From contig CM082596.2 in NCBI GenBank assembly GCA_040954595.2, positions 9,196,461-9,260,460 of the forward strand: a DNA stretch of 64,000 nucleotides, given 5' to 3'. This document shows, piece after piece, positions 49,201-63,261 of the stretch. Positions within the stretch are counted from its first letter, which is position 1. Each line of letters opens with the position of its first letter. Below the pieces are notes generated by a model, which was not told where the DNA came from, did no database searches, and saw nothing but the letters and a program-made list of their open reading frames with translations. The position numbers and the translations under genes are program-made. This DNA comes from Balanoglossus misakiensis (taxonomy: Eukaryota; Animalia; Hemichordata).

Positions 49201-52200
49201 AAACTGGCCTCAAAATAGCAAAACTACGAGATCATTTGGTTATATAAGAATATTTCAGCTCTATGCCCCTTAGAATGAACATCACACTACAAATAACATT
49301 TCTCCGCTATGTACAAAATGTACTTTGCATTGTCCGGGCAGTCTCATAATGATACACAGTTGTAACTACTTACAAGATCGAGCAAGTTTGGTCAACTAGT
49401 GTCACTCTGTTAAAAACTTACCTGTTCGATTGGTATGATCGAAACTGGGGCCACTACTGGAAGACGGCGTTTCACCGGTAAATCTTGTCAAGTCAAAATC
49501 GTCATTATTCTGTTCATTCTGCCAGGTACATGTATCGTTTTCAAAATCACAAGAACCTGAAATATGAATTTTGTTTCATTCTTCGCAGTATGTGTGGATT
49601 CCATTTCTCCAGATTTGATGTTATATATTGATTATTATCAAATCAAATAAGTAAATTATGTGGGAAAATCGTATCAAAACAGATATGTAGCCAAGATTTT
49701 TCATACTATCTCCTGGAACAACTTCTTGTTTGTGTGCTACTCGGTTTAGATTTTTTTGCAGTTAACTTGATATTGTTAACAAAGACAGATGTCAAGAAAA
49801 CACATCTTTCGCAGACTTACTTGGCAATGTCGGGCAAGTCCTAGTGTCAATGATGATGTCGTCCAGGGCAATATCTCCGGTGAAACTGCCACCAACTGTA
49901 GCTTGAAATATTATCTACAGAGGAAAGTAAAGTATTTAGGTGTAAGCAACAACTAGTGTTACGATTATTACGTTTAAGGCACTCGCTGGCAAACTCTGTC
50001 TGTCTGTCTGTCTGCCTGTATGTATGTATGTATGTATGTATGTATGTATGTATGTATGTATGTATGTATGTATGTATGTATGTATGTATGTATGTATGTA
50101 TGTATGTATGTATGTATGTATGTATGTATGTATGTATGTATGTATGTATGTATGTATGTATGTATGTATGTATGTATGTATGTATGTATGTATGTATGTA
50201 TGTATGTATGTATGTATGTATGTATGTATGTATGTATGTATGTATGTATGTATGTATGTATGTAGGTAGGTAGTTAGGTAGGTATGTAGGTATGTATGTT
50301 AAGCTAAGCGGTTATAAAACACACATGCAGTTTAACACAACGCAAACTGAATTCATTTGACAGTTTTCTAATGCTATTGGCACATTCCTGAAATGCTTGG
50401 ACATCATTTTCATCACCACATGGTTCATTTGCTGTCAGTGATATGACTGCAAAAAAGAAGCATATTGCTGCAATACGAATGCCATGGCTTAATGTTTGTG
50501 ACACAATATTGTCCTATAGCGGTTGGGCGAATAGAATCGTACACTGATTTCCTAAGCAACTGATGATGCGGTTCAATCCCACGCCAAGTGCTAGTGCTTG
50601 TACCTCATGAGTAGTAGGATACACTATCCTAACTTGACCCTCGTGCCACTCATCTCCCTGATCACCGTACACCATCCAAATGTTCACATCCGAGCCGGTC
50701 GGTGGTCTGATTTTAACTTGCAAAGAGCCAATAGTTTGACCATACATGTGATACCAGAAGTAGAGACAGCGCCCGCCGCTAGGAGTTGGATTCATCATTT
50801 CACTCTTAATTTGTGCTTTCTCACCGATAACTCTCGGATCAGATGTCTCAATGTATATATAATAACCTGTATACAACAAGAAATCTTAAATGATGGATGG
50901 CGCAGTTTACTTTGGATTAATTGGTAAAGAAACACTCAAGTACACATTTTATAACATATTTTATACAATGTTTGACAAGCAAAACTTCACTGAGGAGCGT
51001 GACACGAGACTATCCTCCTGTCCATCACGTCACACTGATGTCTTCACTGTGCGGCATCCTTGTTTATCTAATTTTACATAAAACATAAATCGTTCCTATG
51101 CGCATGTGTGTAAGGATTGTTACAATCACACAGACCAGGCTTGCCGAATGTGCAACCACATGCCGCCTAACTGCTCACATATAGTGGTCCTATAGTGTAA
51201 ACAAAGCGTGCTCATAGCTGTATGCGTGCTATAAATTTTCTGTCACACTTACTATTCCAAACATAGCTATACGTGCAATAAATTCACAAGAAATATTCTA
51301 TAGATTTAATCACAACATGTGGACTTGTATGGGCGAGGGATTAGAGAGTGGCAATATGGATGAACCATGGTCGTGAGTGTTCTTGAAGTTATATGTTGTA
51401 TATCGCCCTCCAGTGTTGACTAGAGAAGTTCAGTGAAGATTAAAACATGGCGACTTGTTAGCAGTACCGCTTGATGTTCTCACTGTTTCCTAGGCTCCAA
51501 CTCATAAAAGAACCCATGATAGTTAGAAGAATAGTCACTAAGCCTGGGTCCATACACGGCCTTAATTTGTGTATCAACCCACTCACCAACTCCTGTTCAC
51601 CTAAAACTCTTGGTGAAGATGTCTCGATGTACACATAATAACCTGTAACTCAACAAAACACCTTCAATGACAATGCTGTTAAGTGATCTAGCACGTGGGC
51701 AGTCTATTTAGAACATTCATAGTATGCATGTTCTTGAAACAATTCTGCTCAATTCATGTACTATATGGAAGAAAGCGAAGGCAGTCCACTATTTGAATGT
51801 ATCTAACGGAAAATTTGCTGGGAAGTTACGCGCATGCACGTGAGGTGATCTATTGCCTTTAAAATACTGAATCTTTGCCATAAGACTGGGTCTAATATTT
51901 TGCACTTTCATGTTCATGGGAAGTCTATGCCTTATGGAAACATCAAAAGGAAGCACCCAGGTTCTAATTTGCATATTCATGACCCAATCAAAATTCCAAT
52001 TAACAAAATCAGGTAGGGGCACCATAACACAAATTCCTACCAAATTTCGGCTTCATCGTACATGTAGTTATGGAGAAGAAGATTTCTTACCAAAAATTCT
52101 ATTTTTAGATCTAATTTGCATATTTATGACCCCATCATATCCAAATTAACAAAATCAGGTAGGGGCACCATAACACACATTCCTACCAAATTTCAGCTCC

Positions 52201-52860
52201 ATTGTACATGTAGTTGTGGAGAAGAAGATTTCTACCAAAACTTCTATTTTTAGATCTAATTTGCATATTCATGACCCCATCAAATCCAAATTAACAAAAT
52301 CAGTTAAGGGCACCATAACACACATTCCAACCAAATTTCAGCTGAATATGCCAAGTTGTTTTAAAGAAGAAGATTCAAATACCAAAAGTTGACGGACGAC
52401 AGACGACGGACGGACACTTACAGCTCGGCTGACACAAGTGACAGCAGAGCTAAAAAAAGTATCATTTTTTTCTGATAATGGTTGTCATTGGAGAGTAAAG
52501 GGATTGTGATCGCACGAAGAGAGGACTACTAACAGTACTACACCTTCACGACTACCAGTATAAAGCGACAAAAGACATTTAATGTACTTTTCTAATTAAA
52601 AGTTAATTTCCGAGACTACAACACCGAGAAGACTACCCACACCGAACAAGAGAAAAGAGCACATGTTAACACAAAACGTTTACAGTTTACAAGAATATAA
52701 AGCACGTAAATAAACATACCAAATGATGTACCGGTTGTGTGATCAATACCTGGTCCAGTCCCGCTTGATAATGTTGCTCCGATTTGTCTAGTCCAATCGT
52801 AATCATCAGTACTTTGTTCATTCAGCCAGTTACATATACCATTCTCAAAATCACAAAAAA
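46243..52860 (-). CDS. MAM-domain repeat protein (MALRD1 / apical endosomal glycoprotein-like), partial: three MAM domains with a three-exon pattern
   Basis: Exons 52720-52860, 50604-50866, 49821-49914, 49422-49556, 48055-48317, 47330-47423, 46982-47122 and 46243-46502 have consistent phases. Motifs CDFE...C.W, DWTR..G.T.S..TGP..DHT, GYY.YIE.S, CL.FWYHMYG..IGSL.V, G.QGD.W..GQV, GDIALDDI. Possible upstream exons near 53158-53179 and 53440-53571. Confidence 0.88.
49995..50297. repeat. (TCTG)n-(TATG)n microsatellite in a MAM gene intron
   Basis: About 245 bp of perfect TATG repeats. Confidence 0.98.
51880..52458 (+). mobile_element. Helentron-associated (HINE/pearl-like) non-autonomous element with ~146-bp internal tandem repeats
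   Basis: Units start ctaatttgcatatt at ~51964, ~52111 and ~52256; then a GACG(G) microsatellite, the hairpin AGCTCGGCTG...CAGCAGAGCT and an A-run. Left boundary approximate. Confidence 0.65.
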
Positions 52861-54397
52861 CTGTAACGCGAACGCCCTCCGCTGTTGTCATAACGTACAC
52901 ACTAAACTTTAATAGTAAAATACTGAATGATTACAAATGTTTAATACAATTAATATCGCCAAAACTGAATACTCAAAAAATACCTCCCAATATAAAAGTC
53001 TGTAGAAGTGCTTTTAATGCTCCATCGGTTCGGTTTTGAAAATAATTCGCTGGTTTGCACATAAGACGTTTCTAATAGTTCCAACAATTAATGGTTATAG
53101 TTTAAATTTTTAAGTGGAAACCCCACTAAGGTTATGAAGTTAAAATGGATTACCTACCCACTGCCTGCACACTGGAGTTCTACATTGAAATAAAAACAAA
53201 CGATCATATATTACTACGTGGGATTTCAACATTCCGTCAATATTCTGCTATCCGAATGAAAGCTGTCAATCTTTTTTTAAAGGTGTAAACTATTTTATAT
53301 CATTTCATTAATTATTTCAACGGTCATGAGAGGAAAAATACAGACTATCGAGTTTTCAATATAAAAAATATGTTGCATGCAAAACATATTGTAACACTTG
53401 CAAAATTCATACTAAATAAATTCACGTATGGTTTCCCTACGTCATAGCCTAAAGAGTTGGCATTCATCATCTCCTGATGTATGCATCTCTGTTGTGTCAT
53501 GACATCGTACGAACATTTGCTCCAAGACCCTCGTTCATACCGTGTGTTTATGTTGACGAAGATGTCGTCCTCTGCAACGTTTAATCAAACAATCGGTGCA
53601 ATTGCGTGGTTCTGATACAAATAAATTATATCACGTGTTCATTCTACTGACAGCTTTGTCAAAGCAGTGGTACGAACGTTTGTGCAAGTGCTCGCATGTA
53701 CCAATCTTTAACAAACGTATTGCACAATCGCGCGTGATGTCCATTAGCATAATGAGGTACATTTTCTTTCTGAAGTGACTTTCCGTGCCGTCGGTCAGTC
53801 TGTATATTTTTTCAAGTGAGTTAGGTTTATTTGTATGCGAGGTCGTTTTGGTGTGGGGCTGTGCAATGCGATCTAGTGTTGGTGCGAGGTTTTTGGACCT
53901 CAAGATTCTTAAAGTGAAGTGTACAACTTTCAGGGGTCACCAGATTCTGTTTTAACCGATATTCCCTCATGAGTAATGCAAAAAAAACTGAGCGTCGGTT
54001 TGAGGAGAGACTGGATTAACTGACATGCCCCAATGCATTATTTATGGAAGCAAAATCATCACATTACTAGGTATTTCAAAAGAAACTGTACAAAATAGTT
54101 GCTCTGTCACTGGACTGGAAAATGTAAAATTTTCTTGGTCAAGTCAGCCTCCATTTCCGCCGACTTGGCCTTTTGTGCACATTTAATCACGTTCAGATTA
54201 TTGTTGATAAATGCCTTGGTCGCCCGTACGCGTCTTTCGCACCAAATTCTGTTGTCGGCAGATTCTGATGGGAATAGCACTAAATCTATCTATGGAATTA
54301 TTCCCAGTACCAACTTTCCTATCAAATTTCTCTGTGCGTATCGCCAAGTGCATGTGACTCTCTAAAGAAGAGTAAGCATTTAGTAATGCTTGGAGAC

Positions 54398-55415
54398 ACA
54401 CAGTCACAATGGCCCTTAACAAGAGTTTTGGCGGAATTATAGGTGTTGGTATATTGGTGGGGCTTTCATTCTTGAGCAGACACATTAACATCATGGCTAC
54501 CAGTTGAGATTTGATCCAATACTTTACTAATGTATTATTTTGATACATAAAGTGACACATTTATCATATTCATACCAAACCTTTAAACGAACCTCACGAA
54601 TACCACTGAGATTTGTCATTTGAGATAATTTTGTAACCGAGAATCGAAGTGTTATGCGAGCGGACTGGATAGGTTCAGAAGTAGTTTTATATGATAAGAA
54701 AAACATATACATGAATAAAACATAGAATATAGGAAACTACTGTATAAAATGAAACATTGTAATTGAGAAATAATTACGACCAAACCTATATACCATATCA
54801 CGGGACAAAACCAACATATACGTGGTCAGTAGAAAAATCAAACAAGCTTAGTGCTCCAAAAAAACGGAATACCTTTCGTAGTTAATTTCTTTTCAAAACA
54901 CGAAAACCTAACACTCGATATTAACTTCTCATAACTAACTTCCATATTCGCCCGGTATTCAACAAATGTGACAGAATTACGCCGTGTCGACATAAACAGA
55001 CTTCCATTTGGTCGTCATTGGAGTGACTTGCTTGTCAGCCTTATCACTAGTTTAAAGTTTACGGCTCGTTTCTTTCACAGCTGCTCTATATAGTCAAAAA
55101 CGACACGATAAAGGGAATGCAATGTTATCCCCACAATTACAAGGTATGGGTATGTTTACCACGGATTTGTAGAGGTGTGTTAAAAAATTCCATAAATAAA
55201 TAAAACCCACTTATGCAACCATGTAATGAAGTGTGAAGTATGCGCAAAACATATCATTCTCAGCCATGGTTACACGCTGCCCTTTTGTACCTTTCATAAA
55301 AAGTTAAGAAATTTATGAACTACTACTGATCCCACATTACACAGTCACAATGGCCCTTAACAAGAGTTTTGGCGGAATTATAGGTGACGGTATATTGGTG
55401 GGGCTTTCATTCTTG
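54398..55415. repeat. 941-bp-period tandem repeat remnant (about 1.08 units)
   Basis: acacagtcacaatggcccttaacaagag...ttcattcttg occurs at 54398 and again at 55339. Confidence 0.85.
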
Positions 55416-58400
55416 TGTATCTGTGAACCGTTAAATTAATTTCTGAGTTTCAGTAGTACACAAAATAACTTGCCCTGTAAAAAATAAAACAAAATATGAA
55501 TTTAAAATAAATGATGTCTCTCGGGGAAAGGGAAAACGGTGTACCAGGACCACAGCTTGGACCACAACGTGTATACAGTTTGAGTGACTTGACTTTATTG
55601 CTTAAATAGACCAAGACCAAACCATGGCCAGACTTATGTTCCGACCTGGCCCAGACTAAGTGACCCTCACTCTTTTTCCCGCCTAGCCTCTCTATTTATA
55701 CAGAATTGAGTACTCTGAAGAATACTGAATTCTTTTACAGCTGCCCGCGTGGGGCCTGTGACAACACTATTGTTCTTAGCCCAAGCTGAGAAAAATACAA
55801 AAGCAATATTTTACAGTTACAGTTCTGATGATTTGCAAGAAGGCTGTTTGATTACAAAATTGTACACTCATGTTCCCTTTGCTGTTCTTCAATATAACAT
55901 ATGATAAAGATCTGGGTTCGAGTCTCGGGTTAAGTCGGCGAAAGAAATAATGATGGAATAAATTGTTGAATATATCGATGCATATCCTCTCCATCTGAGG
56001 TAACAGAAGTGTGATGTATAGAAAGGGTGGCATGGGATGGGGGAATTTTTCTCAGAAATTATGGTCGGGTAGGTAGCTGTACAATTATCCGCAAAGTTTT
56101 CGAGCCCTCTTTCCAAGGCTTTATTTTAAAATAACCTCGTCGCTTCGTATCGATCAGTGAATATAATTGAAATAAAAATGGATTCGATTGCTACGTTACT
56201 TTCTTGCTGGAGTTGATTGATCGCGAGGCATAACTGTCAGGTTTTTCCATCTGGATGTTTCCTTGTCAATAATTTTGCCAACTTCACCTAACTTTCTGAT
56301 TGTTTCGCACACACGAACTCAACAGGGTGCTGATTCATTGCGAAATATACAGAAAATGGCGCTTGTGATTTGCGTTGCTTTCAGTATGTCGTTTACTGAC
56401 GAAAACCACAGTGCTCCCAAGTTGGCGTATTCTCTCAGGTGACTGGTGTTTTGCAGCTTTTCGTGAGGTTTCTTCACCATTTTCTTACAATGTCCCTGCG
56501 CAGTTCGTAAAATCCTCTCCAACTATATATATCTATGTATTTACCGAATATAAAATATTAAATTGCATTACCTGTGAAAGAGCCCCGACTCCGATGCCAT
56601 TGCCAGCGGAGAAAACATCGTGTGTAGAATTGATGGGTAGCGATTGACCATGTAATGATCTCCTATCACCAAAAGTAAAAGGTGCGCCGACAAAACAAAG
56701 AATTCCCACAGTCGAATCATTGTCGGATGTCAGGATGTACTTTTCATTTCTGTAAACAGTGCTTTATACATGGGGCTTTTTCTCCGTAACTTCACTTGAC
56801 TGGATGAAATTAAAATCATTTGCTTATTGCTTTGGCAGCAGGGCGGCAAATCAGACGGTAGTCTATTTGGAGAACGCGACATTGATTTAAGACAGCGATG
56901 TACATAGAGACTGGATTCAGAATGGTTTAAAGAATCCATTGTTCTAGTTGAACTTTGGATGAATAATAAATATTAAAGAATAAATCCCAAATACCATTGA
57001 AACATAAATAACTAAGGTTTTTCACCAATTCAAGGGGTACGTGACAAACAATATATGACCACATTGCATTTCGCGAGCAAACGAGTAAATTTGTTCTTTT
57101 GTACCATTATCCACGATTAATGTAATGTGTTAGATAAAACGTAATACACTTATTGCCTTCACAAGTATTACTGTACTACTCTCTCTCCCCCTCTCTCTCC
57201 ATCTCTCTCGATCTTCCCTCCCCATCTCTCTCTCTCTCTCTCTCTTACTGAGTAGAGGGAGACACTTTGCAGTTTAACACCGGTCAATAAGCTACAACTT
57301 TGAACGTTTTTTCTACCCGCCAACTTCGTGTTCGATAATAACATCGGCACTTATAGACATCTACAGGGATTCGATGAGTAGGGAAAATTGAAACTGACTG
57401 TTCATCGAAAATACAAAAAATGAGGAGCTTACTTAGACTGCTGTCTATTGCTTATATTTTAAAAGTTGGTAAACTGTTCCAAAATATAGCTCCACGCTAA
57501 AAAGAGAACTGTCCAAGATGCATGACTTCTTATATTTTCCATTTCCAGTAAACATCGCAGTACTGTGCGTGTGAGATTTTATTCTGGTGTTGCCCGGTGT
57601 GTGTATGATTTACTCATATACATTGCTTTTACAATATACAACCACTGAATGTTAAGGGTTTTTGCTGACGAGGTCTTTGTGCAAACCGACAGACATTCAT
57701 TCGCCGCCGTATGTGACTCACCAAACGCTACGTAGGAAAGGTATGGCATTCTACAAAGAACCATTGTCCTCCAAGCCGTGTACTATGAACTGGGTGTATC
57801 CCGTGTTTGGACCAACGCAATCTATAAGTGTTAGGATGAAATTTGGTACAATATATTTTAGTGAACATCAATACCAAATCACCAGTCTAAGCTTGTCCTT
57901 CAAAGTTTCAGATATCAATGACAAATGCATACACACACGGAGACACACATATATCTGTACCAGACACCCCTCGTGCTTTCCACAATGTGACACAATCACC
58001 AAATGCAGCCTAAAGTGAACAAGAAGTGGGGAAGAAGTGGGCCCAGGGTGGAAATGGGTCTTATGTTTTCGCATTGTAAGGCTCTTAAAAACGTCACTAT
58101 ATATCGTGCTGAATCTTTTTAAAGCAATGTGGTAGTTGTCTGGTAATCAGTCTGTTTTATCTACTCATCAAGTATCTTCTCTTCAAGTTGTCTTTCTACA
58201 TCGGCTTTATTTCTGTCATGCTGTTAATTGAAGAAACATACATAAATCTACACGGGGTAATCATGTCATTAATACGTATTGAGAGAAAAGTTTAGTCAAT
58301 GTTATTGCAGCAAATATTTATTGTACGAAAAGCTGACAGAATATGCTACATTGGAAGGAGATTTGTCGCACACTTGATACAGTTGGACGAAGTATCAATA

Positions 58401-58702
58401 AATACAAGTACCTACCCCACACTGTACAACCATGCAGTAAATATTTTTGTCTAAACAATCACTTCTCTCAACGTCGGCTCGGTTGCACAAAGTCCATGAT
58501 TTTTGTTACAGCTTCGTCAACATGCAAAACCAGGCCTGCACAAATCATTGCAGGGTGAAATCCCACCTCAATCCCGCAAATTGTGGGGGTGGGGGGGGGG
58601 GGGCGTCGGAAAGATAGGGTGTTCATATATTGAAGGGCGAATGCCAGACATTGACATGTTAATCACTGTCTATCAGCACAGTTCGTGCTAACCGTTTTTT
58701 TT

Positions 58703-59619
58703 CTCACGAATACCACCGAGATTTGTCATTTGAGATAATTTTGTAACCGTGAATCGAAGTGTTATGCGAGCGAACTGGATAGGTCAGAAGTAGTTTTATA
58801 TGATAAGAAAAACATATAACATGAAGAAAACATAGAATATAGGAAACTACTGTACAAAATGAAACATTGTAATAGAGAAATAATTACGACCAAACCTATG
58901 TACCATATCACGGGACAAAACCAACATGTACGTGGTCAGTAGAAAAATCAAACACGCTTATTGCTCAAATAAAACGGAATACCTTTCGTAGTTATTTTCT
59001 TTTCAAAACACGAAAACCTAACACTCGATATTAACTTCACATAACTAACTGTGACAGAATTACGCCGTGTCAACATAAACAGACGTCCATTTTGACGTCA
59101 TTGGAGTGACTTGCTTGTCAGCCTTATCACTAGTTTAAAGTTTACAGCTCGTTTCTTTCACAGCTGCTCTATATAGTCAACAACGACACGATAAAGGGAA
59201 TGCAATGTTATCCCCACAATTACAAGGTATGGGTATATTTACCACGGATTTGCAGAGGTGTGGTTAAACAAATGCCATTAATAAATAAAACCCACTTATG
59301 CAACCATGTAATGAAGTGTGAAGTATGCGCAAAACATTTCATTCTCAGCCATGGTTACACGCTGCCCTTTTGTACCTTTCATAAAAAGTTAAGAAATTTA
59401 TGAACTACTGCTAATCCCACATTACACAGTCACAATGGCCCTTAACAAGAGTTTTGGCAGAATTATAGGAGTCGGTATATTGGTGGGGCTTTCATTCTTG
59501 AGGAGACAGATTTAAATCATAGATACAATTTGAGATTTGATCCAGTACTTTACTAATGTATTCTTTTGATACATAAAGTGACATATCTGTCATTTTTATA
59601 CAAAACTTTTAAACGAACC
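58703..59619. repeat. Circularly permuted copy of the 941-bp unit
   Basis: Matches 54594-55415 followed by 54475-54593. Confidence 0.85.
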
Positions 59620-60268
59620 CACTTGCTATCAACACCAAGTATGTATGCAGCGAATGACTGTCGAGTGATGTTCTGCCGGTATGGCATAATTCGGGTTATT
59701 GGACCCTGCACGTGAACTTCGACCCCGTCTGACGTAAAAAGTGGATCCAATAAGGTGACTCACACCTATCATGGTGAAACACAACTTTGGAGCTGAGGAC
59801 ATCGATACCTGACGCAGCGTACTGTTTCAACCATGGGCGTCATGAAACAATAAAGTGTATAGATATTAATAAACTTAGCATTAACGCGACGTCCTCAATG
59901 AACAAAGAATAAAATATTTCATGGGTTTGTTTGGTGTGGACGAGAAATGCACTAAAGCTAGGTCAGTGTTAACTTTATGTGCAAAACCACACCGTACGCG
60001 TACCTCTATAGGGGATAGGCACCGTGTGTATACGATCTCGTCTTGAGCAGTAAAGGCGATGTCTACGCATGCGTGCGCGCCCGCAACTGATCTGCCCTGT
60101 GACTGTGTACGTACGTGAGTACACATATATACAGGGTATGAGACGAATTTTCAGCCCACCGCCATTTGGCAACTATTACGAAGAGGATCGCTACCAAATC
60201 AGAGTATGAGTTTTGGATTAGATAGAAACCTAATTTCTGGCTTTTCAATTTTCAAAAGTCCGTCGAAC

Positions 60269-60272
<4 letters not shown>

Positions 60273-60307
<35 letters not shown>

Positions 60308-60638
60308 CAACAAAGTTTATATAGCGCCAAAATCCAAAAATTTGCCCAATGACGCTCATGGTTAAACCACACTGTATGCTCTTTCAAACATATGAGTTTT
60401 CAGTTTTCTTTTGAAAGTCTCCAGGTTTGTTGATTCCCTGATGTCAAGAGGTAGTGCGTTCCACAGTTTAGGGGCTACATAGGAGAAGGCACGGCCGCCA
60501 TAAGTCTTGTTTTTGTAGGTTGTGCATGTTAAAAGTTTCTTGGTGGAAGATCGCAGTGTACGAGTGGGAGTGTATGGCTGCAGTAGATCACTGATGTATA
60601 CTGGAGTCTGGTTTTGGATAACTTTGAAAGTTATCAAC
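60273..60638 (-). mobile_element. 5'-truncated L2-clade LINE 3' end
   Basis: ORF2 C-terminus LLITFK...P.YISDLL..Y.P.R.LRS...GGRAFS..APKLWN.LP..IR....L..FK.KLKT.F; 3'UTR ending GGCGCTATATAAA plus a (TTGA)n tail; AACATTC direct repeat at 60266-60272 and 60639-60645. Confidence 0.85.
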
Positions 60639-61202
60639 AACATTCGAGATATTATCGATCGAAAAGTGTCACTCGTCCTGGGGACGTGCGTTACCGACGT
60701 AAAATGTTTTCATGCAAAATAATCATAGCAAATATAACAGTGATGCACATGAACAACGTCCACCATGACTGGGAGGAGCTGAGCTGAGCTCACGCATAGT
60801 TTCATACACATGATATAAAACCCGGCGATCGAACACGGCACTTCCGGTCACCAGATTCGCAATGGTTTTGTATACGGATTTGTTGTATTTTTCACGTTTT
60901 CCGTTTTTTATTCATGATTAATCCAACATTTTTCCAGACACATTCTAAGCAAAAATTAAAACTATTGACTACACTTCGATGGGACTCTGCTCCGTAGAAC
61001 AAAGTGTCCCCCCTGTCCCCCCTTATTGGTAACGCACGTCCCCAGAGTCCATGAGAGCGATTGCATACCCTTCCTAACATACACTGTATACGAACGCGTC
61101 TGTCCTGGCTAGCAACGGAGTCGTACGATCGTCTGCCGCGCGCGCTGGGCCGGGCGCGTGCGTGCGTGCGGTTGTAGATTGCTCCATCACTTCCGCGTTC
61201 CG

Positions 61203-61275
61203 CGGCGCTAGTGCGTTCGCTCGCATATTTTGCAAGTCCGGCGCTAGTGCGTTAGCTCGCATATTTTGCAAGTCC
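61203..61275. repeat. 2 x 36-bp tandem repeat in a CpG-rich patch
   Basis: CGGCGCTAGTGCGTT(C/A)GCTCGCATATTTTGCAAGTC twice. Confidence 0.85.
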
Positions 61276-62024
61276 AGCTGTAGCTAGGCCGTTCGTGAGT
61301 GTAGTTCTCGTTCACATAAAAAAACACGAAATAATTTATTGTGTGTTCGTTTAGGCCTATGCTAAATTATCCATACACTTTATTGTTCCGAGACGCCCGT
61401 GTTTCAACAGCATTTGGCCATACAAATTTGACGTAGTAGCTATATCCGGATCTGTCAGTGTTTGTGAAGATGGGAAGGGGGGGGGGAGAACTATCAGTCA
61501 TACAGTAATCGCTGTTTGACAACACCAGCAAATCTGACGGGTTTGAACATGTTTTATGCAACTAGCCTTGCAACTGGCATTCTCCAAAATATACAGACAG
61601 TGTGTCTACCACACACGACACAGTCGGACCAGACGATCCCTGGCCGGACCGGACAGAAAGGTGCGACTTGAGAGCCAGTTCACACGTACACACAAGAAAT
61701 CACACTGGGTGCAAATATTAACATCATTGAACAAACGTATCATTGTTTTTATCCGGGGACCGAACAAACTGTTGACATTTCATTATTGACACAGACTCCA
61801 CCAGTAAAGGTTGGAAATGACTCATTTCGTTTATTGGGAAGAGAATCGTGATCAAGTATCTTACAAAATACCAAAAATAGCGTCAAGGACACTGTGGTCC
61901 CATTTGAGGATTATGCGGAAACAGTGACACACCAGAATAAAAATTACAGGTGACATTGCAAGCAGATCTGCAAGCAGCAATATCGGGCCCTAGCCAACAT
62001 AGCACATAGCAACATAGCAATAAG

Positions 62025-63261
62025 CATATCTGCTCTGGATGCCAAGATAATTAATGAGATATGCAGGTGTCACAAGTGACCCCAAATTTTGGCTTTTCAA
62101 TTTTAGTCCCAACCCTCCAAATGCCAAGTCTGTACCTGCTCTGGATGCCAAGATATGATAAAGTAGGTCAAAGGTCACCTGAGGTCATGCAAAATTTGGG
62201 CAAGAAATTTTGACCCTATACTGGTCCAGGTTCAACAAAAACCAAACCTATAGCCCTATTGGTTAGCCTGGAATTAGGTATGCACATAATTAATGAGATA
62301 TGAAGGTGTCACAGGTGACCCCCAATTTTGGCTTTTCAATTTTAGTCCCAACCCTCCAAACGCCAAGTCTGTACCTGCCCTGGATGCCAAGATATGATAA
62401 AGTAGGTCAAAGGTCACCTGAGGTCATGCAAAATTTGGGCAAGAAATTTTGACCTTATACTGGTCTATGTTCAACAAAAACCAAACCTAGCCCTATTGGT
62501 TAGCCTGGAATTAGGTATGCACACAATTAATGAGATATGCAGGTGTCACAGGTGACCAATATTTTGGCTTTTCAATTTTAGTCCCAACCCTCCAAATGCC
62601 AAGTCTGTACCTGCTCTGGATGCCGAGATATAGGAAAGTAGGTCAAAGGTCACCTGAGGTCACCCAAAATTTGGGCAAGAAATTTTGACCCTATACTGGT
62701 CCATGTCCCACAAGAACGAAACCTCTAGCCCTATTAGTTAGCCCGGAATTAGGTATGCACATAATTAATGTGTTAAGCAGGTGTTACAGGTGAGCCCAAA
62801 ATTTTGCCTTTTATTTTGGCCCCATTGTGCTCACTGACCAATAGACAGTCACTGTACAGGACTATTGCACAGACCAGAATTCCACAATAAGACGTGGACA
62901 TAGCTTAACCATAGAGGTATAAGTAAAGGTATAGATTTAATAAAAAGACTAAAAAATTCATAAAAAATAAAACATCGATGATATTAACTTAACACTTACA
63001 GGTTGATGTGAGGTTGACATATTGTACATGCATACCAATTTTTAAAGCAATCTGACGAGTAGTTGTTGACTTTCAGAGTTTTGATAAATTTCACATTTTT
63101 CCAGCTAATTTGCATATTTTTGGGCCTGGCAACTTCGTTTGGACAAACTCCCATCTACAGCCCAGCCTGCACCTACACACCAAATATTGAGGTGATACTC
63201 GCAGCGGTTTTCAAGTTTTTGATGTGGACGGACATACAGACATACATCCATCCATACATCC
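62025..63261 (+). mobile_element. HINE/pearl-like element with ~238-bp tandem repeats, interrupted by a BEL insertion
   Basis: Units start a(t/c)aattaatg(a/t)g at ~62047, 62286, 62523 and 62761; ends in GGACGGACATACAGACATACATCCATCC immediately before the BEL LTR. Confidence 0.6.

Noticed and set aside
49956-50273. MYVC-repeat ORFs
   Set aside because: Artefact of the (TATG)n microsatellite.
55905-55945. tRNA B-box-like GGTTCGAGTC motif
   Set aside because: No convincing A box or cloverleaf; at most a SINE relic.
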